Source: an uncultured Chloroflexia bacterium (GTDB lineage: Bacteria; Chloroflexota; Limnocylindria; Limnocylindrales; CSP1-4). From it: a stretch of 64,000 bases of DNA. The position numbers and the translations under genes are program-made. The stretch's first letter is position 1. Every line of letters begins with the position of its first letter. Under the pieces are notes generated by a model, which was given only the letters and a program-made list of their open reading frames with translations, searched no databases and had not been told where the DNA came from. Below, piece after piece: positions 29,391 through 38,926 of the stretch. Where the stretch lies: positions 3,520,001 through 3,584,000 of the forward strand of contig OY970218.1 of the NCBI GenBank assembly GCA_963713975.1, read 5' to 3'.

Positions 29391-32192
29391 CTACTTGTCG
29401 TGCGAGGTCGCCAGCACGGCCTGGGCCGCCGCGAGGCGGGCCACCGGCACGCGGAACGGCGAGCAGGACACGTAGTTGAGGCCGATCTTCTCGCACTTGT
29501 GGATCGACGCCGGGTCGCCACCGTGCTCGCCGCAGATCCCGACCTTGAGGTTCGGGCGCGTCGATCGACCCTTGTCCACGGCCATCTGCATCTCGTCGGC
29601 GATCACGTCGTCCAGGGTCTGGAACGGGTTCTCGGCGAGGATCGGGTACGGCTTGTCCCCACCCGGGAGAGCGACGCCCTCGACGTACTTGAGGAGGAAG
29701 CCCCCCTCGGCGTCGTCACGGCTGTAGCCGAACGTCATCTGGGTGAGGTCGTTGGTGCCGAAGCTGAAGAACTCGGCATGCTCGGCGATCTTGTCCGCGA
29801 CCCAGACGGCCCGCGGGATCTCGATCATGGTTCCGAACTTGAAGTCGATCTCCTCGCCCGCGGCGGCGACGACGGCGTCGGCCTCGGCGTCGAGCAGGGC
29901 GCGGGTCGCGATCAGCTCGTTCACGTGACCCACGAGCGGGATCATGATCTCGGGCCGCGGATCCTTGCCTGCCTTCTTCACCGCCACCGCGGCGTTGAGG
30001 ATGGCGCGGGTCTGGATCTTCACGAAGTCCGGAATCATCAGGCCCAGGCGGCAGCCGCGCAGTCCGAGCATCGGGTTCTGCTCGTGCATCGACTTGATGG
30101 TGGCAAGGAGCTCCTTGTCTTCATCGGTCGCCGCATCGCCGGCCTTGGTCACCTTGACCAGCTGCTCCTCCAGGTTGGGGAGGAACTCGTGGAGCGGGGG
30201 GTCGATCAGGCGGACGACGACCGGCAGGCCGCTCATTGCCGCGAGAATCCCCTCGAAGTCGCCCTGCTGGAGCACCTCGAGCTTGGCCATGGCGTCGTCG
30301 AACGTGGTGAGGGCCTCGGTCTCGTCGGCCGAGAGCGCCTCGCCGGCGGCGACCTTCGCCTTGGCCCGGGTGGCGACGTTGGCGACGAGGATCGCGCCGC
30401 GCACGATCTCCAGCCGCTCGCCCTCGCGGAACATGTGCTCGGTCCGGCAGAGGCCGATGCCCTGGGCGCCGTAGCCGCGGGCCTGCTCAGCCTCCTCCGG
30501 CTTGTCGGCGTTGGTCCAGATCTGCATCCGGCGGATCTTGTCGGCCCAGCCGAGGATCTGCTGCAGCTCCGGCTGGTCCTCGAACCGGGCCTCGACCGTC
30601 GGCAGCGCGCCGACGAAGACCTCGCCCGTGGAGCCGTCCACGCTGATCCAGTCACCCTCGTTGAAGGTGACCTCGGACAGCGATGAGCGGGCGGAGTTGG
30701 TCCCGTAGTCCACGAGCAGCTCGGCGCAGCCCGCGACGCACGGCTTGCCGATCTGGCGTGCAACGACGGCCGCGTGCGACGTGGCGCCACCGCGGGCGGT
30801 CAGGATGCCCTGGGCAACGGCCATCCCGTGGAAGTCGTCGGGGCTGGTCTCGACGCGCACGAGGACGACCTTCTCGCCCCGCTCGACCCACTCGACGGCG
30901 GTGTCGGCGTTGAAGACCGCGCGCCCAACGGCCGCGCCGGGCGACGCGTTGAGGCCCTTGGCGATCTTGGCCGCGCCCTTGCGGGCGTTGGGGTCGAACT
31001 GCGCGCGCAGGAGCTGGTCAACCTGGGCGGGTTCGATGCGCTCGACGGCCTCCTGCTCGGAGATCACGCCTTCCTCGACCATCTGGACGGCGATCTTGAC
31101 GGCCGCCGCCGCGGTCCGCTTGGCGATGCGCGTCTGGAGCATGTACAGCTTGCCGCGCTCGATCGTGAACTCGAGGTCCTGGACGTCCCGGTAGTGGGCC
31201 TCCAGCTGGTTCCCGATCTTGAGGAACTCCTCGTACGCCGCGGGCATCTCGACCTTGAGGTGGCTGATGTCCTCGGGGGTGCGGATGCCGGCGACGACGT
31301 CCTCGCCCTGGGCGTTGACGAGGTACTCGCCGTAGAGCTCCTTGGTACCGTCGAACGTGTTGCGCGTGAACGCGACCCCAGTCCCGGAGTCGTCGCCCAT
31401 GTTGCCGAAGACCATGGTCACGATGTTCACGGCGGTGCCGAGATCGTGGGCGATCTTCTGGCTGTTGCGGTAGTCGTTGGCGCGCTTGCCGAACCAGGAG
31501 GCGAACACCGCCTTGATGGCGAGGTCCAGCTGCTCGTTGGGGTCGGTCGGGAAGTCGCGGCCGGTGTCCTCGCGGACGACCTGCTTGAACTCGGCGACGA
31601 GGGCCTTGAGATCTTCGACCGTCAGGTCGGTGTCCTTGGCGTCTGCGCCGTGGGCATGCTTGCGGAGCTCGAGCGGCTCGTCGAAGCGCGCGGCATCGAC
31701 GCCCATAACGATCCGGCCGAACATGCCGATGAACCGCCGGTAGGCGTCCCAGCCGAAGCGCTCGTTGCCCGACAGGTCGATGAGGCCCTGGAGGGTCTCC
31801 TCGTTGAGGCCCAGGTTGAGGACCGTGTCCATCATGCCCGGCATCGAGAACTTGGCGCCCGAGCGGACGGAGACGAGGAGCGGGTTGCCGGCGTCGCCGA
31901 AGCCCTTGCCGGAGCGCTCCTCGACCTGCTTCATCGCGGCGACCGTGTCATCCCACAGGCCGGCGGGGAGCTGCTTGCCGGCGTTGAAGTAGTCGTTGCA
32001 GGCCTCGGTCGTGATCGTGAATCCCGGCGGGGTCGGCAGGCCGGCGAGGGTCATCTCGGCCAGGCCGGCGCCCTTGCCGCCGAGCAGATCCTTCATGGTG
32101 CCGTTGCCTTCGGCCGTGCCCGCGCCCCAGGCGTAGATGTAGCGCTTGGCGGCGGCGTGCGGCCGATCGGACGTGGTTGGGCTCTGGGCCAT
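29391..32192 (-). CDS. ppdK: Pyruvate, phosphate dikinase
   Basis: LLGGKGAGLAEM, LLVSVRSGA..SMPGMMDTVLNLG, GGATSHAAVVAR (phospho-His), FFSFGTNDLTQ and GICGEHGGDP. ATG 32192 with AAGGAG RBS. Confidence 0.97.
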   Translation of the reverse strand: MAQSPTTSDRPHAAAKRYIYAWGAGTAEGNGTMKDLLGGKGAGLAEMTLAGLPTPPGFTITTEACNDYFNAGKQLPAGLWDDTVAAMKQVEERSGKGFGDAGNPLLVSVRSGAKFSMPGMMDTVLNLGLNEETLQGLIDLSGNERFGWDAYRRFIGMFGRIVMGVDAARFDEPLELRKHAHGADAKDTDLTVEDLKALVAEFKQVVREDTGRDFPTDPNEQLDLAIKAVFASWFGKRANDYRNSQKIAHDLGTAVNIVTMVFGNMGDDSGTGVAFTRNTFDGTKELYGEYLVNAQGEDVVAGIRTPEDISHLKVEMPAAYEEFLKIGNQLEAHYRDVQDLEFTIERGKLYMLQTRIAKRTAAAAVKIAVQMVEEGVISEQEAVERIEPAQVDQLLRAQFDPNARKGAAKIAKGLNASPGAAVGRAVFNADTAVEWVERGEKVVLVRVETSPDDFHGMAVAQGILTARGGATSHAAVVARQIGKPCVAGCAELLVDYGTNSARSSLSEVTFNEGDWISVDGSTGEVFVGALPTVEARFEDQPELQQILGWADKIRRMQIWTNADKPEEAEQARGYGAQGIGLCRTEHMFREGERLEIVRGAILVANVATRAKAKVAAGEALSADETEALTTFDDAMAKLEVLQQGDFEGILAAMSGLPVVVRLIDPPLHEFLPNLEEQLVKVTKAGDAATDEDKELLATIKSMHEQNPMLGLRGCRLGLMIPDFVKIQTRAILNAAVAVKKAGKDPRPEIMIPLVGHVNELIATRALLDAEADAVVAAAGEEIDFKFGTMIEIPRAVWVADKIAEHAEFFSFGTNDLTQMTFGYSRDDAEGGFLLKYVEGVALPGGDKPYPILAENPFQTLDDVIADEMQMAVDKGRSTRPNLKVGICGEHGGDPASIHKCEKIGLNYVSCSPFRVPVARLAAAQAVLATSHDK

Positions 32193-32544
32193 CGTGGTGG
32201 GGCTCCTTGGTGCAACTGGCGGGCACGGTGGGACGCAGCCCGCGGTACCTCTTGGTCGATCACCGCAATTGTACGCCGCGGTGTCCCATCGGCCGGGTTT
32301 CGCAGGGGCTGCCAAGGCATGGGCCGGAGCGCCCGCCGAATGGGGCCATTCGGCGGGATGCCGGGGGCCGAGCGGGGCTGTCCGCCGATCTCGCGTGCGA
32401 GACGCCCGGTGAAGGCGCGGTTCGGCACGGCCCGGCGCGGCCCGGCGCGGCCCGGCGCGAGGCGGGCGGTACACTCAGGAACGGGTCGCGCGTCCCCGAC
32501 GCACCCACCCGCTCGCATGCTTTCCGGTTCAGGAGCCCCATCCC

Positions 32545-33354
32545 GTGACCAGCCAGGCAGAGGACACCCGCGTAATCGACCAGCAGGCCGAGGCCTACAA
32601 CGCGACCCTCGTGAAGCGCATCGACTTGACGTCCGACCTCGCGTACTTCTGGGTGAAGATGGATGGCACGGCCACGCCGTTCGAGCCCGGCCAGTACATG
32701 ACCACCGGCGTCATGGCCGACGGCAAGCTGCTGCAGCGGCCGTACTCCGTCGCATCGGCGCCGTCCGTGGCCGACACCGAGGGCTACGAGCTGTTCGTGC
32801 GCCACGTGCCCATCATCCGGTTTACCACCGCGCTCTGGCGGCTCGAGCTGGGGCACCGGATGCGGCTGATCGGGCCGAAGGGCAAGTTCATGCTGGAGCC
32901 CGACGACTCCCGGACGCACCTGTACGTGTCGACCGGGACCGGGATCGCGCCGTTCGTCTCCATGGTCCGGGAGGGCATGGCCCAGGGCAAGCCGCGCAAG
33001 ACCGTGCTTATCAACGGCTGCTCCTTCGCGCCCGAGCTCGGCTACCGCGATGAGCTCGAAGGCTGGGGGCGGGACCCGGCGTACCGCCTCACGTACGTCC
33101 CCACGGTCTCGCGGCCCGACGACCCGCGCAACGCCGGCTGGACCGGACGGGTGGGCCGGGCCGAGCAGGTCATCACGGACACGTGCAAGGAGCTGGGGCT
33201 CAAGCCGGACCGCACCGTCGTCTACATCTGCGGCAACCCCGAGATGATCCTCAACGTGGAGCGGACGCTGATGGATCGCGGCTTCCCGGAGTTCCATGTG
33301 AAGAAGGAGCTCTACTGGCCAAAGGGGAAGGCCCCAGCTCCGACTCCGGGCTGA
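32545..33354 (+). CDS. fpr: Ferredoxin/flavodoxin-NADP+ reductase (bacterial Fpr type)
   Basis: FEPGQY, RPYSVAS, STGTGIAPF, YICGNPEM and terminal ELYW. Confidence 0.88.
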   Translation: MTSQAEDTRVIDQQAEAYNATLVKRIDLTSDLAYFWVKMDGTATPFEPGQYMTTGVMADGKLLQRPYSVASAPSVADTEGYELFVRHVPIIRFTTALWRLELGHRMRLIGPKGKFMLEPDDSRTHLYVSTGTGIAPFVSMVREGMAQGKPRKTVLINGCSFAPELGYRDELEGWGRDPAYRLTYVPTVSRPDDPRNAGWTGRVGRAEQVITDTCKELGLKPDRTVVYICGNPEMILNVERTLMDRGFPEFHVKKELYWPKGKAPAPTPG

Positions 33355-33597
33355 CGGCCACAGGTACCCCACCCGCGCCCGTCGGACGGCGGGCCCTCAG
33401 CGGCGCGCGCCGGACGCCCGGAGCCAGCATCCACCATCCGGGTGCATGATTGGGGCACACACCCAGCCCCGCAAAGGCCCCGCAATGGCCCGGCCCCGTC
33501 GTGACCTTCGGACCGCAGCGCGGGGCCATGGGCAGGTAACGTGCGCGCGACCCCATGGGCCACCATCTCTGGGGTCACCATCAACCAGCGAGGTTCC

Positions 33598-34455
33598 ATG
33601 CATTCCGTCGTCGAGCGCGAGCAGCTCTCCCCGAACGTCGTCCGCCTCGTCGTCGAGGCCCCCCGGATCGCCAAGATCCGGCGTCCCGGCCAGTTCGTCA
33701 TCGTCCGCAAGGGTCCGGGCTCCGAGCGCATCCCGCTGACGATCGCCGACAACGACGCCGAGGCAGGGACCATCACGCTGATGATCCAGGCGATCGGCGT
33801 CAGCACCACCGAGCTCACCGACCTCCAGGCCGGCGACGAGATCCAGGACGTGGCGGGCCCGCTCGGCCGCGAGACGGACCTGATCTCGTCCGGCCACGCC
33901 GTCTGCGTCGGCGGTGGCGTGGGCACCGCGGTCATCCTGCCCATCGTCCGGGCCCTCTCGGAGAATGGCGTCCACGTGACGAGCGTGATCGGCGGCCGCT
34001 CCAAGGAGTGGGTCATCCTGGAGCCGGAGCTCCGGGCGTGCGGCGATGTCGTCGTGTGCACGGATGACGGCTCGTACGGCCGTCACGGCTTCGTCACCCA
34101 GGCGCTCAAGGACCTGCTCGACGCGGGCGGCGTCGATGCGGTCTACGCGATCGGGCCCGTGCCGATGATGAAGGCCGTCTCCGAGATGACCCAGCCGTAC
34201 GACGTCGAGACGACGGTCTCGCTCAACGCGATCATGGTCGACGGGACCGGGATGTGCGGCGGCTGCCGCGTGACCATCGCGGGTGAGACCAAGTACGCAT
34301 GCGTCGACGGCCCCGAGTTCAACGCCCACGACGTCAACTTCCAGGAGCTCGCCGACCGCCTGACCACCTACCGCTCCTTCGAGACCAAGGCGCTCGCGCA
34401 GCAGAAGGAGGAGGAGGCCAAGGGCGCCTGCGCAACCACCGAGGTGAAGGCATGA
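33598..34455 (+). CDS. nfnA: NfnA/SudB-type FAD/NAD-binding [2Fe-2S] subunit
   Basis: PGQFVIVR...ERIPLTIAD, GPLG, GGGVG and IMVDGTGMCGGCRV...ACVDGPEF. Confidence 0.88.
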   Translation: MHSVVEREQLSPNVVRLVVEAPRIAKIRRPGQFVIVRKGPGSERIPLTIADNDAEAGTITLMIQAIGVSTTELTDLQAGDEIQDVAGPLGRETDLISSGHAVCVGGGVGTAVILPIVRALSENGVHVTSVIGGRSKEWVILEPELRACGDVVVCTDDGSYGRHGFVTQALKDLLDAGGVDAVYAIGPVPMMKAVSEMTQPYDVETTVSLNAIMVDGTGMCGGCRVTIAGETKYACVDGPEFNAHDVNFQELADRLTTYRSFETKALAQQKEEEAKGACATTEVKA

Positions 34456-35978
34456 CCGAGCCCGCGTCCCCGGTGCCGGCCGACGAGGACGGTGCCGCAG
34501 CTCCCCAGAAGGCCCCGCTCAGCAACAAGGAGCGGATGACGATCGGCCGGGTCTCGATGCCCGAGCAGGCCGGTGAGGTCCGGGCCCAGAACTTCGAAGA
34601 GGTCAACCTGGGCCTCTCCTACCAACTGGCGATGATGGAGGCGGAGCGCTGCATCCAGTGCCCCAAGCCGTTCTGCGTCGACGGCTGCCCGGTCCGGGTC
34701 GACATCCCGCGCTTCATCAAGTTCCTGCGCGACGGCGACCTGCCGTCGGCCGCGGAGAGCCTCCTCAGCGACAACGCCCTGCCGTGCGTCACCGGCCGCG
34801 TCTGCCCGCAGGAGAGCCAGTGTGAGGGCGTCTGCATCCGGACCAAGAAGGGTGACTCGGTGGCCATCGGCTACCTCGAGCAATTCGTCGCGGACTGGGC
34901 GCTCCAGCACCTCGACGAGCTGCCCAAGGCACAGCCCGTCGCGACCGGCAAGAAGGTCGGCATCGTGGGCTCCGGCCCGGCCGGTCTGACGGCGGCGGGC
35001 GAGCTTGCCCGCAAGGGCCACGACGTGACGGTGTTCGAGGCGTTCCACGCCCCCGGTGGCGTCCTGATCTACGGCATCCCGGAGTTCCGCCTGCCCAAGG
35101 ACATCGTCCAGGCGGAGGTTGACCGGCTGGTGGCTGATGGCGTCAAGATCGAGGTCGACGCGATCGTCGGCCGGACCTACACCGTCCCCGAGCTGCGGGA
35201 GGAGTACGACGCGCTGTTCCTGGCCGTGGGCGCGGGCCTGCCGGTGTTCATGAACGTCCCCGGCGAGAACTACAAGGGCGTGTACTCGGCCAATGAGTAC
35301 CTGACCCGCGTCAACCTGATGGGCGCCTGGAGCCCGGACTCCAAGACCCCGATCCTCCACGGCCAGCGGGTCGTGGTCGTCGGTGGTGGCAACGTGGCCA
35401 TGGATGCGGTCCGGACCGCCAAGCGGCTCGGCGCGACCGAGGCAACGATCGTCTACCGCCGGTCCTTCGACGAGCTGCCTGCCCGGAAGGAGGAGGTCCA
35501 CCACGCCAAGGACGAGGGCGTCCGGTTCGAGCTGCTGACCGCCCCGGAGGAGGTCCTCGCCGACGACGAGCGGTGGGTGACCGGCCTGCGCTGCAGCAAG
35601 ATGGAGCTTGGCGAGCCGGATGCGAGCGGCCGCCGCCGGCCCATCAAGATCAAGGGCTCGGAGCACGTCATCGACTGCGACCTCGTGGTCGTGGCCATCG
35701 GCACCCGGGCCAACCCGCTGCTCACCGGCAGTGCCCCCGAGCTCAAGGTCAACGAGTACGGCTACATGATCACGGACGAGTTCGGCATGACCAGCATGCC
35801 GGGCGTGTTCGCCGGTGGCGACATCGTGCGGGGCGCGGCGACCGTGATCCTGGCCATGGGCGACGGCAAGGACTCCGCGAAGGCCATCGACTCCTACCTC
35901 AACGGCGTCTGGCCACCCGTCGCTCCCGTGGAGGCGACGAAGGAGAACGTCAAGGCGACCGCAGCCGCGAAGGGCTGA
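34452..35978 (+). CDS. nfnB: NfnB/SudA-type (GltD-like) NADPH-dependent flavo-iron-sulfur subunit
   Basis: ATGA overlap with nfnA. EAERCIQC...CVDGCPV, GRVCPQESQCE, GSGPAGL, YGIPEFRLPK, GGGNVAMD and GGDIVRGAATVILAMG. Confidence 0.88.
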   Translation: MTEPASPVPADEDGAAAPQKAPLSNKERMTIGRVSMPEQAGEVRAQNFEEVNLGLSYQLAMMEAERCIQCPKPFCVDGCPVRVDIPRFIKFLRDGDLPSAAESLLSDNALPCVTGRVCPQESQCEGVCIRTKKGDSVAIGYLEQFVADWALQHLDELPKAQPVATGKKVGIVGSGPAGLTAAGELARKGHDVTVFEAFHAPGGVLIYGIPEFRLPKDIVQAEVDRLVADGVKIEVDAIVGRTYTVPELREEYDALFLAVGAGLPVFMNVPGENYKGVYSANEYLTRVNLMGAWSPDSKTPILHGQRVVVVGGGNVAMDAVRTAKRLGATEATIVYRRSFDELPARKEEVHHAKDEGVRFELLTAPEEVLADDERWVTGLRCSKMELGEPDASGRRRPIKIKGSEHVIDCDLVVVAIGTRANPLLTGSAPELKVNEYGYMITDEFGMTSMPGVFAGGDIVRGAATVILAMGDGKDSAKAIDSYLNGVWPPVAPVEATKENVKATAAAKG

Positions 35979-36408
35979 GCGCCCGCGGGGCGGAAACGCT
36001 ATCCGCATCTCCAGGCGGGCGACGCCCAGCGTTGCCCGCCGTTCCATGTCCGTGCGCTCCGGGGATGGGCGCGATCGCGACATGGATGGGCGCAGCCGTC
36101 TGAGGAATGCCTTCACGACGACCGCGCCCGTGTCGCTGACTCTGGAACGCCCCGGCAGGACGCTCCATGACCCGGGAGTCCCCCGCGGTGCTGGCGGGCA
36201 CCGGACTGCCGTGCGGTGCGCGGGCGCGACGCCGCGCAGATCCGGGTTGGTGTCGACTGTTCAGGCGTCGATCGGCGGCTCGGACAGGCGCGGGCCCAGG
36301 ACCCGCGCGATCACCGCCGCCACCCGCGCGACGTCCACGGGTTCCGGCTGGTAGGGCCCGAGCCCTCCGTCATCGGGCAAGGTGTGCGTGGCGCGCACGG
36401 AATTCGGT

Positions 36409-36502
36409 CGCGAAGGTCGCCTCCGTGCCTGGGACGCACTGGGACGACGCAGTGGTCGTCGATGTCGGGCGCGCGAAGGTCGTCACCGTGCCTGGGGCGC
36501 AC
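36409..36502. repeat. Two 31-bp direct repeats separated by 32 bp in an intergenic region
   Basis: CGCGAAGGTCGCCTCCGTGCCTGGGACGCAC (36409-36439) versus CGCGAAGGTCGTCACCGTGCCTGGGGCGCAC (36472-36502), 3 mismatches. Confidence 0.8.
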
Positions 36503-36593
36503 ACCCGCCGCGGCCCGCGCCCGACTTCGTGCCCGCGGCACACGGCGCGCGGCTCCCGGACTGCCGCACGCACAGGCCCCGGCCCGGCCAACC

Positions 36594-38003
36594 CTAGGGC
36601 CGGACGGCGTCCATCCGGTCCATGATCAGGCGCTTCACGCCCTCCACGGGGACCCGCTCCTGGGTCATGGAATCGCGGTCACGGATCGTGACCGCCCCGT
36701 CCTCCAGCGAGTCCACGTCCACGGTCACGCACCACGGCGTGCCGATCTCGTCCTGGCGCCGGTACAGCTTCCCGATCGCGGCGGTGTCGTCGTAGACGGC
36801 CATCATGTCGCGCTTGAGGTCGCCGAGAAGGCGATGGCACAGCTCCACGATCTCGGGTCGCTTCTTGAGCAGCGGGAGGACGGCCACCTTGTACGGCGCC
36901 AGGTCGGGGTGCAGGCCCAGCACGACCCGCGTATCCTCGCGGACCTGCTCCTCGCGGTAGGCGTCGATCAGGAACGTGAAGGCCGCACGGTCGGCTCCGG
37001 CGGCGGTCTCGACGATCCACGGGATGAAGTGCTCGCCCGAAGCCTGGTCGAAATACTCGAGGTTCTCGCCGGACGACTTGGCGTGGTTGCCAAGGTCGAA
37101 GTCGCCACGGTTGTGGATCCCCTCGAGCTCCTTCCAGCCGAACGGGAAGCGGTATTCCACGTCGATCGCCTTCTTGGCGTAGTGGGCAAGTTCGTCCGGC
37201 GCGTGCTCCCGGAACCGGAGGCGGGACGGCGTCACGCCATACGCCTCGTACCAGGCCTTGCGCCGGGGCAGCCAGAACTCGAAGGCCTCCGCGGCACCCT
37301 CCTCCGGGCGCACGAAGTACTGCATCTCCATCTGCTCGAACTCGCGCATCCGGAACACGAAGTTGCCCGGGCTGATCTCGTTGCGGAAGGACTTGCCGAC
37401 CTGCGCGATGCCGAACGGGATCTTCTTGCGCGAGCTCTGCTGGACGTTCTTGAAGTTGACGTAGCTGCCCTGCGCGGTCTCCGGGCGGAAGTAGACGATG
37501 GATCCCTCGTCCTCGACAGGGCCCATGTGCGAGGTGAACATGAGGTTGAACCGGCGGGGCGGCGACAGGGGGCCGCCGTCGTTGGGGCACACCAGGCCCA
37601 GTCGGGCGACGACGGTCTCGTCACGGAGATCGGTCGCCGACAGGTCCTCGGCACCGGGCAGCTCATCCAGACGGAACCGGCGGCGGCAGGTCGCGCACTC
37701 GACCAGCGGATCGCTGAAGGACCCCACGTGGCCGGAGGTGACCCAGACCTGCGGGTGCATCAGGATCCCGGCATCCAGGCCGACGATGTCGTTGCGGTCC
37801 TGGACCATCGCGCGCCACCAGGCCCGCTTCACGTTGTTCTTGAGCTCCACGCCCAAGGGCCCGTAGTCCCACACGGCGTTGATGCCACCGTAGATCTCGG
37901 ACGACGGGAAGATGAAGCCGCGGCGCTTGGACAGCGAGACGATGGTCTCGAGGCTGGCCACGGCGGGCGCGACGGCGTTGGGATCAACGATGGGGTCGGT
38001 CAC
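36594..38003 (-). CDS. glyQS: Glycine--tRNA ligase (homodimeric alpha2 type)
   Basis: [15 protein letters not shown]...[52 protein letters not shown] and [14 protein letters not shown]. Confidence 0.97.
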   Translation of the reverse strand: MTDPIVDPNAVAPAVASLETIVSLSKRRGFIFPSSEIYGGINAVWDYGPLGVELKNNVKRAWWRAMVQDRNDIVGLDAGILMHPQVWVTSGHVGSFSDPLVECATCRRRFRLDELPGAEDLSATDLRDETVVARLGLVCPNDGGPLSPPRRFNLMFTSHMGPVEDEGSIVYFRPETAQGSYVNFKNVQQSSRKKIPFGIAQVGKSFRNEISPGNFVFRMREFEQMEMQYFVRPEEGAAEAFEFWLPRRKAWYEAYGVTPSRLRFREHAPDELAHYAKKAIDVEYRFPFGWKELEGIHNRGDFDLGNHAKSSGENLEYFDQASGEHFIPWIVETAAGADRAAFTFLIDAYREEQVREDTRVVLGLHPDLAPYKVAVLPLLKKRPEIVELCHRLLGDLKRDMMAVYDDTAAIGKLYRRQDEIGTPWCVTVDVDSLEDGAVTIRDRDSMTQERVPVEGVKRLIMDRMDAVRP

Positions 38004-38131
38004 GAGGGGACTCCGAGGGCCCGCGGCCTTGGCAGGGACACGGGCAGGCGATGGCTGGACGGGACGCGGCCGACTCTAGCAGACGGGCGCCCGGCCCCAT
38101 GGAGCGGGCCTCGCCGCGAACCCCCGGAACC

Positions 38132-38926
38132 TCAGGCTCCCGATTCGAAGCGGTAGCCCAGGCCGTACTCAGTGGCGATGAACGTCCGGTCCGGCGATGC
38201 GGCGGCAAGCTTCGCGCGCAGGTTGCGCATGGTCACCCGGAGCAGCTGGGTCTCCTCGCCGTAGGCGGGGCCCCAGACGCCGCGCAGGAGCTCCGCGTGG
38301 CTGCGGAGCGTCCCCGGATGACGGGCAAGCGTGACCAGGAGCCGGAACTCCGTGGGCGTCAGGTGGACCTCGGCCGCCTCCCCCATCACCCGGTGCGTGA
38401 CGAGCTCGATGCGCAGGCCAGGAACCTCGATGGGCTCCTGGTCGTGCGGGACTTCCACGAACTGCACCCGGCGCAACGCCGCCGCGATCCGCGCCACGAG
38501 CTCGGACATGCGGACAGGCTTCGTCAGGTAGTCGTCCGCACCGGCTACCAGGCCGCGGACGACGTCGGCTTCGGAGCCCATCGCCGTGACCATCAGGACG
38601 GGCACCGTGCTGACCCCGCGGATCCACTCGATCACCGCCCAACCGTCCATGCCGGGAAGGTTGAGATCAAGGAGCACGAGCTCCGGCTCCTCTGCTCCGA
38701 ACAGGCGCGTCGCCTCCAGCCCGTCGGCTGCGACCGCGGTACGCCATCCATGGCGGCTGACCCACAGCTCCACGAGGTCCCGGAACTCGGGCTCGTCCTC
38801 CACGATCAGCACCAGCTCGCCGTGCCCGGGCTGTGGGCGGGACGGCGACGGGGGCGGGACGTTCCGCAGGCCATTGGGCGGCCGTGAGCCGTCGACGGGC
38901 AGGGGGCCGCTTCCTTCCCGGCTCAT
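38132..38926 (-). CDS. OmpR/KdpE-family response regulator
   Basis: LIVEDE, LLDLNLPGMDG, GADDYLTKP, LTPTEFRLL...VWG...LRVTMRNLRAKL...TEYGLGYRF. ATGA overlap with the kinase stop. Confidence 0.92.
   Translation of the reverse strand: MSREGSGPLPVDGSRPPNGLRNVPPPSPSRPQPGHGELVLIVEDEPEFRDLVELWVSRHGWRTAVAADGLEATRLFGAEEPELVLLDLNLPGMDGWAVIEWIRGVSTVPVLMVTAMGSEADVVRGLVAGADDYLTKPVRMSELVARIAAALRRVQFVEVPHDQEPIEVPGLRIELVTHRVMGEAAEVHLTPTEFRLLVTLARHPGTLRSHAELLRGVWGPAYGEETQLLRVTMRNLRAKLAAASPDRTFIATEYGLGYRFESGA

Noticed and set aside
34452-35978. Glutamate synthase small subunit (gltD)
   Set aside because: There is no large subunit nearby, and coupling to an NfnA/SudB-type gene favours NfnAB.
36409-36502. CRISPR array call
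   Set aside because: Only two imperfect repeats, with no third unit at the 63-bp period, no AT-rich leader and no cas genes. Kept only as an unexplained repeat.
38004-38131. T-box riboswitch upstream of glyQS
   Set aside because: The region is short and has no recognisable T-box consensus or terminator/antiterminator.
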